From contig CAXXFK010000037.1 of the NCBI GenBank assembly GCA_963663965.2, positions 19,350 through 83,349 on the forward strand: a stretch of 64,000 bases of DNA. The letters are read 5' to 3'. The stretch is from Sedimentisphaerales bacterium. Its GTDB lineage: Bacteria; Planctomycetota; Phycisphaerae; Sedimentisphaerales; SM23-30. The notes beneath the pieces are model-generated. The model worked only from the letters and a program-made list of their open reading frames with translations. It was not told the origin of the DNA and did not search any database. The translations under genes and the position numbers were made by a program. Within the stretch, counting starts at the first letter, position 1, and each line of letters begins with the position of its first letter. Below, one piece after another: positions 29,210 through 44,200 of this stretch.

Positions 29210-32200
29210 TATCGCCTAGAATCACGTCAGCATCGGCGCCGCCATCAATCACATCGGCGCCATCAGCACCACCGGCATGGTTATGGCCGCCGATCAGGTC
29301 ATCCTGGCCATCCTGACCATAGATCATATCATCACCCTGCTGGCCCAGGATAAAGTCATCACCGGCGCCGCCAAACAGGGTATCGTTACCGGCGTAAGCA
29401 CTTTCGATGGAGAGAATGGTCTGTCCGGCAGGCGCGGTAAAGTCATAACTGCCATGATCGCCTAGAATGACATCAGAACCCGCCATGCCGTCAATGGTAT
29501 CGTTGCCACTGCCACCAAAGAGGATATCATTTCCGGCATTACCCACAATGATATCCGAACCACCCAGCTCGGGCGAAAGGGTTTCGGAGGCCATCGGCGC
29601 GCGCCAGTCCCCTTCGACCGAGCCAAAATCACCAAAGATCACATCATCGTTACTACCGCCGGAAAGGGTGTCGGCATCCTGTTCGCCAAAGAGATAGAGC
29701 CGGTGAGTAGAAGCACTACCATTGAGGGTATCCTGACCTTCCTGGCCGTGGACGACCAGCGTATCATCCTGATTTTCATCCAGGGCCATCGTGATGTTGT
29801 CGTTGCCGGTATTGGCCCAGACGGTGGTAATGGTATGGACCCCAGCGCGGCGATGAGTGGCGTCGATCGCGAACTGATCATTCGCCTGGCCCAGCCACAG
29901 GTTAACCCCGCCGGAGAAATCACCCGATTCCGTATCGCTACTGAAGCCGATCCGGCCACCAGACAATCCGGCCAGGGTCATTTCTGATTCGGCCATACCC
30001 TCCGCGCCGCGGGCCCAGCTTGCGCCGGTAGTATCGAGGGTATCGGCTTCATCGCTCATCAGCAGGGTATGCGTACCAGAGCCGGCAACCAGTTCGAGAT
30101 CGCCCAGGATCGCGTTTAAATCGCCTGATAACGTATCATCGGGGTCATCATCAAGTCGGACATTGGCCAGCGATGCGACATAGAACGATTCATCACCGGC
30201 GTTCGTGCGCAGGATGGTATGGGCCGTTGTACCCTGAACGTTAATGATATCATTACCGGAACCCAATCCGATGGTCAGATCGGACAGGCCGGTATATTCG
30301 ATGGCCTGCGGCAGGGTTAATCCTGTAATCTGTGAGCCAGTCAGGTTCAGAACGCGATCATCCACTGCCGCGGTATCATCGATATCCAGCCAGTCGCCAT
30401 CATTGGCTCCGGTAATCTGCAGCAGACCGACCATATCATCAACCGTACCACCGATTTCAGGCATAGTGCTGCCAACATGGACCGCGTCAATCCCTGCGCC
30501 GGTCTCAATCGCAGTGATACCGGCATGGATTGAGGTAATATACAGGGTATCCCGGGCCCGGCCCAATAGAAGTTCGGTTGTTTCAAAGTCAAGATAGCCA
30601 ATACCGGCCGGGGCCAGCCCCAATCCGGTCAGGGTATCGTTGGCAAGGTATCCAGTATTGTCAGCGGTATCGCCGCTGTCGTCAAAACGGACCGTATCAT
30701 CTCCGCTGCCGCCACTGATATCCAGCCGGCCATCGATATCGTCAAGCCGCCGCAGTGTGTTCGCGATGTTGACAAGATCGTCGCCCTGGGCAAGCCGGGC
30801 AGTCGTTTGTCCAGTATGGGTACTGACAATATTCAAGGTATCGCTGCCACTACCGGTGGTCAGGTTCAGATCATCGAATTGAGTATACTGGATCTGACCG
30901 GCCATATCGAATCCGGCCAGAGAAACAGCTGTAAGAACACCGACATTGTCATTAGTATCAGCGCTGTCATCCAGATTCAGAACATCCAGATCCGTACCGG
31001 CATCCAGACTCAGAACGGCTCCGATAGCATCCAGCGTGCCGCCGGTCTCCGGAGCGGTCGTACCAACATTGACAACATCCTGGCCCGCTTCGGTAAGTAC
31101 TTCGGTACGACCGGAAATGGTCTGGATATTGATCGTGTCATCCTGACCATGACTGTTAAGGTGGGTCAGGCCGGTATGGGTGGATTCGATAGTAAAGGTA
31201 TCCATACCATCACCCAGATCGATATTCAGCGTTTCGGTGTTCATATAGGTGATACCATCCTGAACCATATCGGTCCAGGTCAGCGAATCATCGGTGAGTG
31301 TACCGGTACGATTGCCGTTATCAGAACGATTGGATACCCAGATGGTATCGGAACCGGTCTCGCCGTCGATCGACAAGGAATCGTCGATTCCCGCCAGAGA
31401 CCGGTTATTGCCGGCCGGTTGTCCGACATTAATCTGATCATTGCCGGCGCCGGCATCAACCTCAGTCTGGCCGGAGATGGCTTCGATATCCAATACATCG
31501 TTCCCATTCCCCAGATCAATCGTAGTAAGGCCATGATGAGTGTCGGCTACCAGTAAATGGTCGCTGCCTCCGCCCAGATATAAATCAAATTGTTCCAGTT
31601 CGGTGTAGGAGATCCCGCCGGCAAAGGTATATTTTCGGCCGTCGCCGACATCCAGCAGCAGATCGCCAGAGAGTCCCAGACCGGTTAAGCGGCTTTCCGT
31701 CAATAATCCGGTATCGTTTGCGTTACTCTGATCGTTATTGACATGGATGCGGTCGGTGGCGTTGTTGTCATCACCAAGAATTGGGGTATCGGGCAGTACC
31801 GGTCCGGTACCTGCGCCACCATCGGTTTCGTGGGGCAACATGATCGGTTTATCCGGAACAAAACTCTGGACCTGGCCGAGACCGCCTTTGATAACAAGCG
31901 GGCCGCCCAGGCGGGTCAAGGTATGGCTCTGTATCGGGAAGGTAGCAAATTTTCCATTAGTAACGGAAACGCCATCGGGATTCTTTTTCGCCAGATCGGC
32001 TGCGGCCAGACCAATATCGATCGCACCGGTTACGGTACCGGTCAGTTCGATGGTATCGTTGCCCAGGCCACCGGTTACTTTGGTGACAACCTGGGTTGAT
32101 GTACTCTGGACAAAGATGGTATCGTCACCTTCCAGGCCATCCACCTCGATCACTTCGACATCAGTATACCAGTTGATCCGGCCGGCACCATAGATGGCAT

Positions 32201-35200
32201 TTTCAGTAATGACAAAACGATCATCATTGTAAGTACCGGTAATCAGCAGGGTATCGAAGCCGGCGCCACCGTTGACATTGACGGGTGAATTGGCGGCATA
32301 GGCAATGGTGTTATCGCCGGAACCGGCGTCAATATCAATTTCTTTCTGGGCTTTGGCGCCGGTGGGATCGTTTTTCACAACAAAGGAACGTACGACGAAA
32401 TAATCATCGCCATCCTGACCATTCAGATTCATCTCGGCGATATTATGATATACCGAGAAGACATCGTTATCATCGCCGCCATGAATCGTAGTGGCCCGAC
32501 TGACGCCGTTGGTCAGCCAGGCGGTATTGCTGCCGTCGGTCGTGACTTCAACCAGATCGGCCGGCAGATATTGATCACGCGGTTCGATACCGGCATTGGC
32601 ATCGCGCGGAGTGGCAAAGAGCTGGCCGATCTGGAACCAGTCGTTGCCAATACCGCCATCCAGGGTTGTTTCGGCGCTGTTATCATCCAGGGCAAAGAAG
32701 TCATTGCCACCCAAACCATAAACGAACATTGTTTCGACGCCGAGTCCGGTCGTGTCATTGGCAGGGACATGGTAGTTGTAGTTAATACGCTCCACGGCAT
32801 CGGCAATCTGGTCATTTCCGGCCAGATCGTTGAGTAAAGCAACAAAATACTGACGGAACAAAATCGTATCGTTCTGGCCAGTGGCAAAAATGGTCATTTG
32901 ATCGGCATCGACACCCAGGCCATGGTCTTCGATATTGACTTCGTAGGCGCTGTGACCGGACCAGACAACCTGATATTGATCCGCGCCGGACTGACCATCC
33001 AGGGTGAGGGTATCCAGAACACCGGGAATCCACTGGGAGGTCAGCGATGGGATGGTAGTGACAAAATACCGATCGGTATTATCGCCGCCAAAGATGGAGG
33101 TCGGACCGTTGATCTGATTGATCGCGAAGGTATCCTCACCATTGGCGCCGTAGATTTCGGTTACACCGGTGTGAGTGCCGTTAATCGTCAGATTATCATT
33201 CTGACGACCCAGGTGGATACTTAAGAGTTCAAAAGTTTCATAAGAGACAGTAGCGGTCATGCCCAAGCCGGTCAGGGTAGTTCCAGTCAGCGTACCGCTA
33301 GCGTTTTGTGATTCCCCGCTATCGATCAGATATAATGTATCCGTATCACCCTGTCCTAATAACCGAAGCGGGGCCATGATCCCATTGAGTTGTCCAGTGA
33401 TACTGGAAACAGCAATCTGGTCATTGCCATCACCGGATGCCACCGTTGTCGGACCCTGAATGGTCCTGATATAGATCTGGTCATCATTGGGGCCGGTATG
33501 AATTTGAGTTGTCCCGGTATGAGTATCGACAATCGTCAAGGTATCTTTGCCCTCGCCCAGAGACAGATTGAGGTCTTCGAAACCGGTGTAATCGATAGAC
33601 TGGTCTAAACCAAATCCGGTAAATTGATTGAAACTCAACTGGCCACTGCCATCGAGGGTTTCGCCAGTATCGTCGATATTCAATTGATCAGTCCCATCGC
33701 CGGCATTGATGGCGATAACACCCATGAGATTATTCAAGTCACCACCGAATGACGGAGAATTCGAGCCGATATTCACGGTATCATCCTGCGAGCCGGTTTC
33801 GAGATTGATCGAACCGCCGGTCGTCAGGATATTCACCTGATCGGCGCCATCGTGGGTTTTAACAGTGACCGTCATTCCGGGCATGGTGCTGAGGATATCG
33901 AAACGATCATCCTGAGATCCGGTCTCGACAGTCAGGACTTCTACGCCATTGTACTCGATAAAACCGCCCGGCACTCCGGTCTGGATCAGAGTGGAACCGG
34001 ATACCTGATTCACCGATTGATCGGTAATCGTTTTCAGGCGATAATCGTTGCCATCCAGTGCGGTGATTTCGTTGCTATTGAGAGTGGCGGCGCTGTAATC
34101 AACTCCAAACAGGCCGGCAGCGTATTCCAGATGGGTCAGGACATCGAGGCTGGTATTACGAGACCAGCGCAGGACTTTGTATTGGGTATCCGCTATTTGG
34201 GTATCATCCTGCGATGCCGGAGGCTGAGTCCCTTTCACCTCCATGGTCAATACCTGCTGAAGGGTTTTGCTGCCATCGGTAGCGGTCACGGTCCAGGTCT
34301 GGTTTCCTGGGGTAGTGGGGATACCGACAATCCGCCAGGTATCCGGATCGAGTACAAATCCGGTATTGTCCAGGCCCGCCACCGTATAGGATACCAATCC
34401 CGGATCATTAAACTGACCCCGGAAAATCTCTTTGAGATCAACCGCTTTGATCCGGTAATTGATATAGGAAGTGAGAGGATCAACATCGATATCAAACGAA
34501 TAATTTTCCGTTTGAGCGCCTTTTTTCGCGGTAAGTTGTATGGCATATTGACCGGCATTGAGCGGGACACCGTCGATTACGCCATCGGCGAAGTTCAGGC
34601 CGCTGTTGGCCAGGCCGGAGATGGTATAGGTGACATTATCCAGCGATCCAAAATCTTTTTCGATCGCTGTCCGCAAATCGATCTGGCCAATCTTGTAACC
34701 GGTCATTTCGACCGGCTGATCGATAAAAATGGTCAGGCTGCGTTCTTCCCGCTGGTTGGTATCGGATATGGCGACCAATTTGATGGTGCGGCCGGATGGA
34801 CCGGTGACATCCATGGGGGTTGGCCGGCCGATAATCAGGCCTTTGGCCGAGGCCTGTTTCAGGCCATCATCTACTTTCAAGCCGCTGCCGGCCGGTAATC
34901 CTTCCAGATGATAAGTCACCTGGTTCCAGTTTTCTAACGTGCCACCAAACATCGAACGCACGTCAATCCCATCCAGTTCGACACCGGAATGGCCCTGAAC
35001 CTCTTTAATGGCCAGTTCAAACTCATATGTCAGTGATTTGTTCTGACCGGATTCACGCCAGTACATTTCAAGCTTATAGGTATTGGTTCCCACATCATAA
35101 GGTAGCGGCGTACCGGTAATGAGTCCCTCAAAAACATCGACCCGTAATCCGCTATTGACGGAACTGACCCAGTCGTTGCCATATTTACGATAGAGTTCAT

Positions 35201-38200
35201 AACGCGGCTGGATCCCGTTGAGATTCACATCGAAGATATCGGCCCCGGTCATATCGATCGTACCCACCGACGTTCCGACCATCCCGCCGGTACGGGCAAT
35301 TTCCAGATCAAACTCATAGGATTTGATCTGGCCGTTCCAGTCGGCATCAAGTTGCATCCGGTTGGTGCCCACATCAAATACATCCAGACGCGGAACCCCG
35401 CTGATAATGCCATCTTTGTTATCGCCGATAAGTACGTGCACCCCATCGGCATCGTTTAAGAGCTGCCAGGCATTATTCTTCCAGAGGTACAGGGAATAGG
35501 TCAGGGTTTCAAGTTCGTTTTCGATAAAATCGGTATAGGTCTGCGGCGAACTGCCCGGCGCGATAAACTCATAGGCAAAGACACTGCGCAGATCGAGCGA
35601 CTGGATCTTGAAACCAGCCATGGCGCCGGTTGATTCGATCGCAGCAACTGGAGTGTCTTTTTTGCTGGTAATACTGGTAGTTATTTCATCCAGAGAGACG
35701 ACCTGTAAAGCCCCAGTCTGCGGAACGCTGCCGAGGGCGCCGGCGTTGCTGGTATGGACCTGATCGTCACCTTCTCCGCCACGGATAATCAGGCTATCGG
35801 GAATACCGGCGAGCGTGCCATTGGCCGCATTGTCGGGATTGGCACCATCGAAGCCAACATAAATGGTGTCATCATCCGCACCACCTTCGATAATCGTTAT
35901 TCCTCCGGCCGACTCGACATGAATGATATCGTTGCCGGCCCGTGCGTTGACCACGGTCGTGGAGTCTTGCGGCGTACTGTTGACGGTAAAGACATCCGCG
36001 GCATCGCTCAGTTCGATATTGATCACCGAGGCGTTGCCAAATTCGATAGTGACACCGGGCTGCATATTGCGGCCCGATAAGACGGTCCGCTGACCATAGC
36101 GGAAGTACTCGATAAATTCTTTGGGATTGCCTTCTTTATTCAATACGCCATTAAACGTATACACCACCGTCCCAATGCCGGGCTCTTCACTATCGGGCGT
36201 AAAGAATAAATTGCCGTTACCAGTTTGCCAGGAGCCGGCGCCTGTCACACTTTCGATCTGTAACTGGGCCGCATCGTAGGTCAGACCGTCCAGCAAGTCA
36301 ACCGTTACCTGACCGCCGCCTTCAAGACCAATCCGGCCGGGGGCGGAGTCATCCTGACTGTTAATCACAATCCGGTCATTGGCGCCTTCGCCGCCATCCA
36401 CGGTGAACGAACCGCCAAACTGGCTCAGGCTCTTTTGCGGACCGGCAGTAAACAGGAAAGGCGCTGGATCGACAGTGACCGGTTCAGGGACCACCTGGTA
36501 TGGCGGTGGATCGATCATATTGGGGACCGGCTGTTGATAGGGCTGCGGATTGATCCAGACCCAGGCCGTATTACCATAAGTATTGTATCCGCCCGAACCC
36601 CACCGGGTATCCAGTACGCTGACCAGTTGCTGACCGTTGCCACTCTCATCATCGAATGACCAGATCTGGTTGTAATAGTAAGAAATGGCAGTGCTGAAAT
36701 CCATGCTGACCGATCCTTCGGGTGATCCGTCGGCAATATATTCGGAGAGGTACTGACGGTATTTTGCGGACATCCGGCCGGTTTTATAATCCTGTTCGAT
36801 CGCGGCAGCCTGGCCGGTAATATAATCATTGACCCGGTTCAAGGGCGCCGCCCAGTAGCGATCGATCCAATCGTTGTACCAGACGCTGGAACTGGTTATC
36901 CAGCGATGGCCTTTATCATAGGGCCAGAGGAAACTGTAAGGATTGTCGTAATGGTAGAGTTGGGAAGGGATATTAATCGGAGCCAGATAGGCACCTGGAT
37001 CAACGGTGATGAGTTTCCAGCCATCCTGGAACGGGGCCGGATCGACCATATAAGAGGGCGGCTGATAGGTATAGGCAGGGGGATCGACATAGACGGACGC
37101 TTCCTCGCCGCCGACATAGATGGTATCATCACCAAACCCACCATTGACAACCAGATCCAATCCAGCTACGGTGCCAAAGACATAGATGCTGTCATTGCCA
37201 CCGGCGCCGTTGACTTCCAGCAGTTCAACCTCTTCCATCGATCCAACTTGAATACCGGCGCCGTAGATGACCTGCTTGCCATCGACAACCGCGATGATAA
37301 AGGTGTCATCAATGGGTGTGCCGTTAATCACCACGGTATCGATGCCTTCACCGCCGTTGATATTGACTTTGGCGTTCTGGACATAGGTAATCTGGTTGTT
37401 GCCGATACCGCCGTAGATATTGGCGGTTTTATCCACCTCCAGATTGGCATTGATCACAAATTTATCATTATCATCTTCACCGAACAGAAAGACTTCGGCC
37501 AGGTTATGATTAACCTCCATGTAGTCGTTGCCGGTACCACCATAGAAATAGCTGACCATGCTGACGCCGTTGGTCATTTCGGCGGCGTAGAGGATGGCGG
37601 GGATATCGTCGGTAAAGGCGGCTTCAACAACCTGGCCGATCTGGAACTGATCAGCGCCTGCCCCACCGAAGATGTGCAGGGGCACACCGTTATCATCCAC
37701 GAGAAAGACATCATCACCGGCCAGGCCGTGGACCAGCAGGTATTCCGGGCCATTGTATTTAAGAATAGTATCGCCCATGGTGACTTCGCCGTCGGATGGA
37801 TTGGCGTTGTAGCTGTCGGCATTGAAACCGAAGGTGTCGGCCTGATCGGTACCGGTTATCACAATGGCGTCATTGCCGATGGTACTGCCGGGCGGATTGC
37901 CGTGGCCCACACCACCGGAATCCTGTTCGATAAAGCGCGCTCCGGGACTGGTCGCCAGATCAAGCACATAACGATCCGATCCACCCTGGCCATCCAGAAA
38001 GACCTCGGCGTTGAAATCGTGAATATAGAATATATTCTGGGGATGCTGCCATTGATCACTGATAACCTGGTCCTGTCCGCTTAATCGGAAGGTAGCGAAA
38101 TTCACATTAGCGAGATTTTCAAATTCGGCGTCGGTCGCCCAGCCGTAATGCTTAGTGGCGCCCGCTTGAAGCCATTGATCCGGATCGGGATATTGGGGAT

Positions 38201-41200
38201 AACTCTCCGGGGAAGCGTTCAGGGTATTTTGCGACAGGGGACTGGCCGGATTTTCACTGAAATCACCCACGATCAGATAACCGCCGGTCAGTTCGAAATC
38301 GGCATTGCGAGCTTCTTCCAGAATATTTCGCCCTACCAGATCGTAAAAATTATCAACGCCGGCCCCGCCGGTGTAAACATCATCCCCGGCACCCCCCTTG
38401 AGAATATCGGCAAAAGCGGTTCCCCTCAGGGTGTCCTGACCATCTCCGGCATCGATGACCAGTTGCATGATATCGGCATGCTCGCCCGAAACACCGCCGG
38501 CATCGATTTCATCCCCTGCAGCCATGGTTTGAATCAAAAGGCGGTCTCCCGTCGCACGGTTAGCCTGCCGGATCGTATAGCGTACGGCGCCCTGATCCTG
38601 AACAATTCTCCATAGCGGCTGAACATGGGTCTGACCCTGGTCGTCAATCACATTGGTTACCACAGAATTGATAGCGAAATTATCCGGTCCGTCCGAACTT
38701 CTTAATGTTACATTATCCGCCGCGGCATCGGCGGTAAAAATCTGGGCGGGACCTTCAGGCTGTTTGGGATAAGCCGTAATCTCATCGACCTGGCCATTGA
38801 CACTGACGGTATCATCCTCATTAATGGTGACATCATCAGGATTAATCGCAACACCCTGGCTGTTATAATAATCCACCACCGCCTGTTTGATCTGGCCGCT
38901 GGTCTCGACCGATGCGGCAAGGATGACACCCGCACCATCTGGATCGAGTATCACTTCACGGGCTTCCGGCCCGGAGGTGTTGACTGTCCCCGAACTGGTG
39001 GTAGAACCACCCAGGCGAATATCGAAATCCGTTACCGTGGTGGTCCGCAGGTCATTAATCCCAAATTGATCGGCACCCTGACCGGCATTTAATATCACCT
39101 TTTCCACACTGACCAGATTAGTTCGCATGCCCGAAAGGGTCATCAGCAGGTCGGCCGGATTGGTGCCGGCCTCGAACGACCAGCTATCGCCACTGTCGGC
39201 GCCATTCAGTTCAAGCAGATCATCGCCATCGCCCAGATTAACCTGATCGGCGCCTTCCCCGCTGGTCCAGCGCAGGGTATCGGCGTCATTTTCGGTTACG
39301 ACACCGTTAATATCGGCCAGATACTGAGTCCAGATCTCCTGCCAGGCTCCGGTGAAATCGCCCTGATCGTAGGTATGGACCCCGATCAGATCGTCACCGT
39401 CCCCCCCCTGGATACTGTCGTTACCATTTTCGCCGTGGATATAATCATCACCTTCATCACCGCTGATCCGGTCATCGCCATCGCCACCCAGCAGGAAGTC
39501 ACTGCCCATCGTAACGGCAATCTGGGTAGTTAGCGGATCATTGGGACCGGGATTGGGATGCACTAAAGTGACCAGACGATAATCGACTCCTTCGGCGCCG
39601 CCTTTTTCAGCCTTGCTCTTGGGAATCGTACCATCACCGACCAGGATATCATTGCCGCCATATCCGATCAGGACATCGTTACCGCCGCCGCCAATCAGGG
39701 TATCATCGCCCTGGATACCGGCCTGATCCTGTTGAGCATTGCTGAGCGGAGCGACCTCCACTCGATTCTGGTTGTCATAGGCCATGCCGTCGCCATAAAG
39801 GAAATCGTCCCCAAAACCGGCCTGAATAATATCGTCACCACCACCGCCAAACAGGATATCATCGCCGGCACCGCCCTCCAGATAATCGTTGCCGGCTCCG
39901 GCTATGATGGTATCGTTGCCGCCTCCGGCCACCAGGACATCGTTCCCGGCGCCGCCATCCAACAGAACATCGCCATCGGTCTGGATCAGGGCGTAGTCAT
40001 CGCCACCGCCGCCGGTAAATTCCACTGTGGGAGCAAAGACGACTGTTTCATCCTTGGGCTTCTTGATCGTGATCATGTCATTGCCATCGCCGCCAATCGC
40101 TTTGATATGGGTGACCTCGTCGATATCGAAATATTCGACATAGGCATCATTATAGGTCACTTTGACAGAGCCGTTTTTCTCGATGACCTTGCCATCATTA
40201 TCCAGGGTATCGACGACTTCCACGATAAAGCCAGTATCGGCGTTGGGATCGATATCTTCCGATCCGGTACTGCCCCGATTGGAGGCATAATCACCCATAT
40301 GCAGCACCAATACGCTACCGCCGCCGTTGGGGCTGATATCGTCCAGACCTTGCGGGCCTGACAGCGCGGGCAAGGAGATCAGACTGGCCGGATCGGGCGC
40401 CGGCTTAGGCGAACAGGTATGGCCGAAGCTGGCCAGGGTTATCTGGGCCAGGGTAATACTGGCGTCGAACAGGGTGAGTTTGGCGCCGAACACTTTTAGC
40501 CCAACCCAGAGTCCAGCGGTCAGATCGGCGCCCAGCCGGCCGCTGGTTTCGATCATGCAGAGCGGGCCGCAGCAGGCGCTGTAATACTGGAAACGTTTAT
40601 CCAGTTCAGTAAAGGTGACCTTGCCGTCTTTTTCATTGACGCCGCTCAAATCGACCGCGGCCCCGCCGATAAAATCATGGGAATAGGGCTCGGCCAGATC
40701 GAAGGCAATTTCACCAGTGAACCCGCCTTCGACATACGCTTCTATCAGGCCGCCGATACCCACCGACGCGCCGGCAGCGATCCGGGCAGTGAGCCAGGCC
40801 TCGGCCCGGTCGCCGGTGGCCGGATCGGTGATCGGACCATCGCCGCTGCCTTTATGGTCATTGAGATAAAAACCATCCAGCAGAACAGACTCATCGGCCT
40901 GATCAAATCCTTTGGCCTTGACCTGACTGATGTACTCGTTCAGGCCGGAGGTATCGTAACCAAAGCCCAGATTGAAGCCGGCGCTGATCGAGCCGGACAG
41001 CCGGGCGTTGAGGCCGGTAAAGATGGGGAATGACTGGGAGTATTCAAAATTGAGGGCCGCGCTGGGCAGTTCATAGCGGAAGATATCAGCCGGACGGCCG
41101 GTAATCAGATTGAACATCTGTTTGGGATCGGTCAGAACAGGGAACTCCATTTCTCCCGGTTTCTTGGAAACATATTTATCGACAAACGATTTTGAGCCGC

Positions 41201-44200
41201 TGTCTACCTGCTGGCCGCCGCCGGTCGGATTGAACTGGCTGTCATTCTGCCGGTCTGATGTAGTGGTATCATATCCCGGCTCAGAGGCGCTGGGCGTTTG
41301 ATCGGCGCCAACCAGAATAAAGTCGCCGAAATAAATCTTGCCGTCTGGACTGTCGGGCAGGCTATTCACCGCATCGACAATGGTTACCAGGGCGTCGATG
41401 ACCGTCACAAATTTATCCAGATTTTTATCCGCGCCGGCAAATAATTTCGCCAGGTCGCCCAGGGTGGCCGGACCGCCCAGTTCGCCAATCACCGGCAATT
41501 CGCCGTTCCAGATATCCGCGATCGGCTGCATGGGTGAGGTGATTTTTTTGACCTGTTTAAGTGTATCGCCGACCACGCCATTCATAAACGGTCCCAGGTC
41601 AAGCGCGACATTTTCCAGACTGACCAGCGGGGATCCAACATCCAGTTTTTTGCCGTTACCATCGGGGTCTTCCGGATTCCAGGTGAGTTCCTGGCGATAA
41701 TGGACATTGGCGCTGGCCTCCAGGAAATCGACACTATCGAAACCGATTTCGGCATACAAATCCACATCGGCAATCCCCACCACTTCCGCTTCAACAAAAT
41801 CTTTCAGTTTATTTTCTGACGCAGTCAATTCATCCAGAGTCAACCGGCCATCGGCCTGGCCAACAGTCAACTGGTCATCACGTAAATCGATGGACGCGTT
41901 GACCATGACCTGACTCAATATCCCATCTTCATCATCCACCCCACTGAGGGTTTCGACCCGGGCACGCATAAAGCCCAGTAAGGCGTCGAGGTGAGCGCCA
42001 TCCTGAAGCCCTACCATGGCATTAAGGACAAACTCTTTACCACCAGGCCCGGCCGCGGCATCCACAAAGAACAAGTCTTTATAATTGCCATCTTTGGGTA
42101 ATCCGGTATTGGGCACATCGACACCGAAACAAAAATTCAGTTCATAATCGACCGAAGCCAGAATTTCCGTTTCGACATCCAACCCCAGACCGGGCAGTTC
42201 ATCACCAAATTCCAGTTTGATACTCTCATCAAAAATAGTACCGGCTACCTTCAAATTAAATGTGACCCGGGTTCCTTTACCCGATGCGTCGTCGAACGAC
42301 TCCAGCGAGGCCATAACATAGCGGCCACTATTGCCTTGAGCCACGGTATCATCAATGACCGACAGAATATCCAGACCATCCGGTCCCAACGCGTTATACA
42401 GCTCATCCTGAATAATTTCTATCGTGGAACGGCCATTGATAAAGCCGCGGGCCGCGTTGATGGTATCATCGATTTTCTGATAGATATCGTTGGCAATAAA
42501 ATCGTCAACAGATCCCAGGTGCTGTCCAACCAGGGGCAGGTCGCCCAATTGCGGGGTTTGAGCCCGGAGTTTATTGAGAATATTCTGAACACCGGCCAGC
42601 AGAACATCCGGGTTGTTAATCAGACTGAACGCGTTGAAGGTGCTGGCAAAATCGGGTGTAATGACCGTCACGCCATCGAACTGCAAACCCGAGGTATTAT
42701 CCCAGGAGACGGCCGTATCGATTTTTAAAACGTTGTCAGGAACACCATCGCCATCCAGATCATCGGTTGAACCGCTGACCGGCAGACTTTCGGTAATATA
42801 CATCGGCAAATCAACGGAAAACTCGCCGCGGGCTTCCATGACAAACGACAGATCCGTTACGGGTATTTTGCCATCAACTCCTTCCTTTAAACTGATACCC
42901 AGTGAAGCGCCGGCCACGGCAGTTCCTTCTTTAACATGCAGTCCGATTTTATCGGCGATATCCAAACCCGTGTTAATCGCCGCAACAAAAGTCAGATCCT
43001 TGCCTCCCAGGGTTACTGAGGCATCAATTCCGCTGGTATCGGTTACATAAGGCTCAAAACTTTCACCGGCGGATATATCCGGCAACAGGTCGATCCCAAC
43101 CCCAATTTCCAGCGCGGTCCGGGCGTCCACAAAAAGATTACCACCGGCCTGAACCGTAAACAGGCCGCCATCACCAAACAGGCCATCCGCTCCACCGGCA
43201 AAATCGGCCATATCGAAGCCGAAGCCCTTTTCGCCATAGTAACCGGCATCAAAGGTAAAACCATAGAACAATTCACCATCATTGAATCCCAGACTGAAAT
43301 CGGGATTCACCCAGGCTCCAAATTCTCCAACTCCCAGTTGAGTTGGAATATTGGGCAGTGAGATTTTAGCATCCAGTATCCCTTCGATCTCCTGTAAGCT
43401 GCCGGCCCAGTTGGCCGGATTGATCCATTCAATCGCATCGAGAATCGCCTGGCCGATACCCGCGGTCAAGTCATCCAGGTTCAGTTCAATTCCGGGAATC
43501 TCTTCAAACCAGAGACCGCTGGGATCGAACACCAGATCGACCGTGACTTTCAGGGCATCATAAATATCGGCCAACGACAATTTGCCCAGATCCGAAAGAT
43601 CGCCCAGATCGAAATTCACGGCATCCAGAGATATGGAGGTATCGAATTGAGTAATGAACTCCCCGAGAGTCAGACCGCCAAACAGATCGGTATCAAAATC
43701 GAATACCGTCCTGAGCGTGGCCAGATCCAGCGATAAGCCGGCCAGTTGCGAACCAAACGGCAGGTCCACGACAAACTCACCCTCTTTAACAATCCGGCCG
43801 GACAGATCTTTATAATTAAAATTATTGACGACGTCTTGGGTCAGGACATAATGTCCGGTTGTTTCAAAACCAACACTAAAATCAAACGCAACAGTTCCAT
43901 CATTCACACCCGCAGCCAGTATTCCCAGATCGAAGCCCAGATCGATATGCTGTGCGCCCAACATACCGTTATCCAGCATCAGCGCGGGATCGGCCAGATA
44001 AAAATCGCCATTCTCTTCCAGACCAAAACTGAATGTAAACACCACATCCATGGTCAGTCCCAGTGTGCCGGACGCGTCAACACCATTCAGATCGCCCAGT
44101 AAATCGCTGATCGCATCGACCAGATCGATATTGGTGGTCAGTTCGACTGCGCCCAGATCGACCGTGCCGCGAAATTCTTTCTGATAGCTGGTGGGCGATA

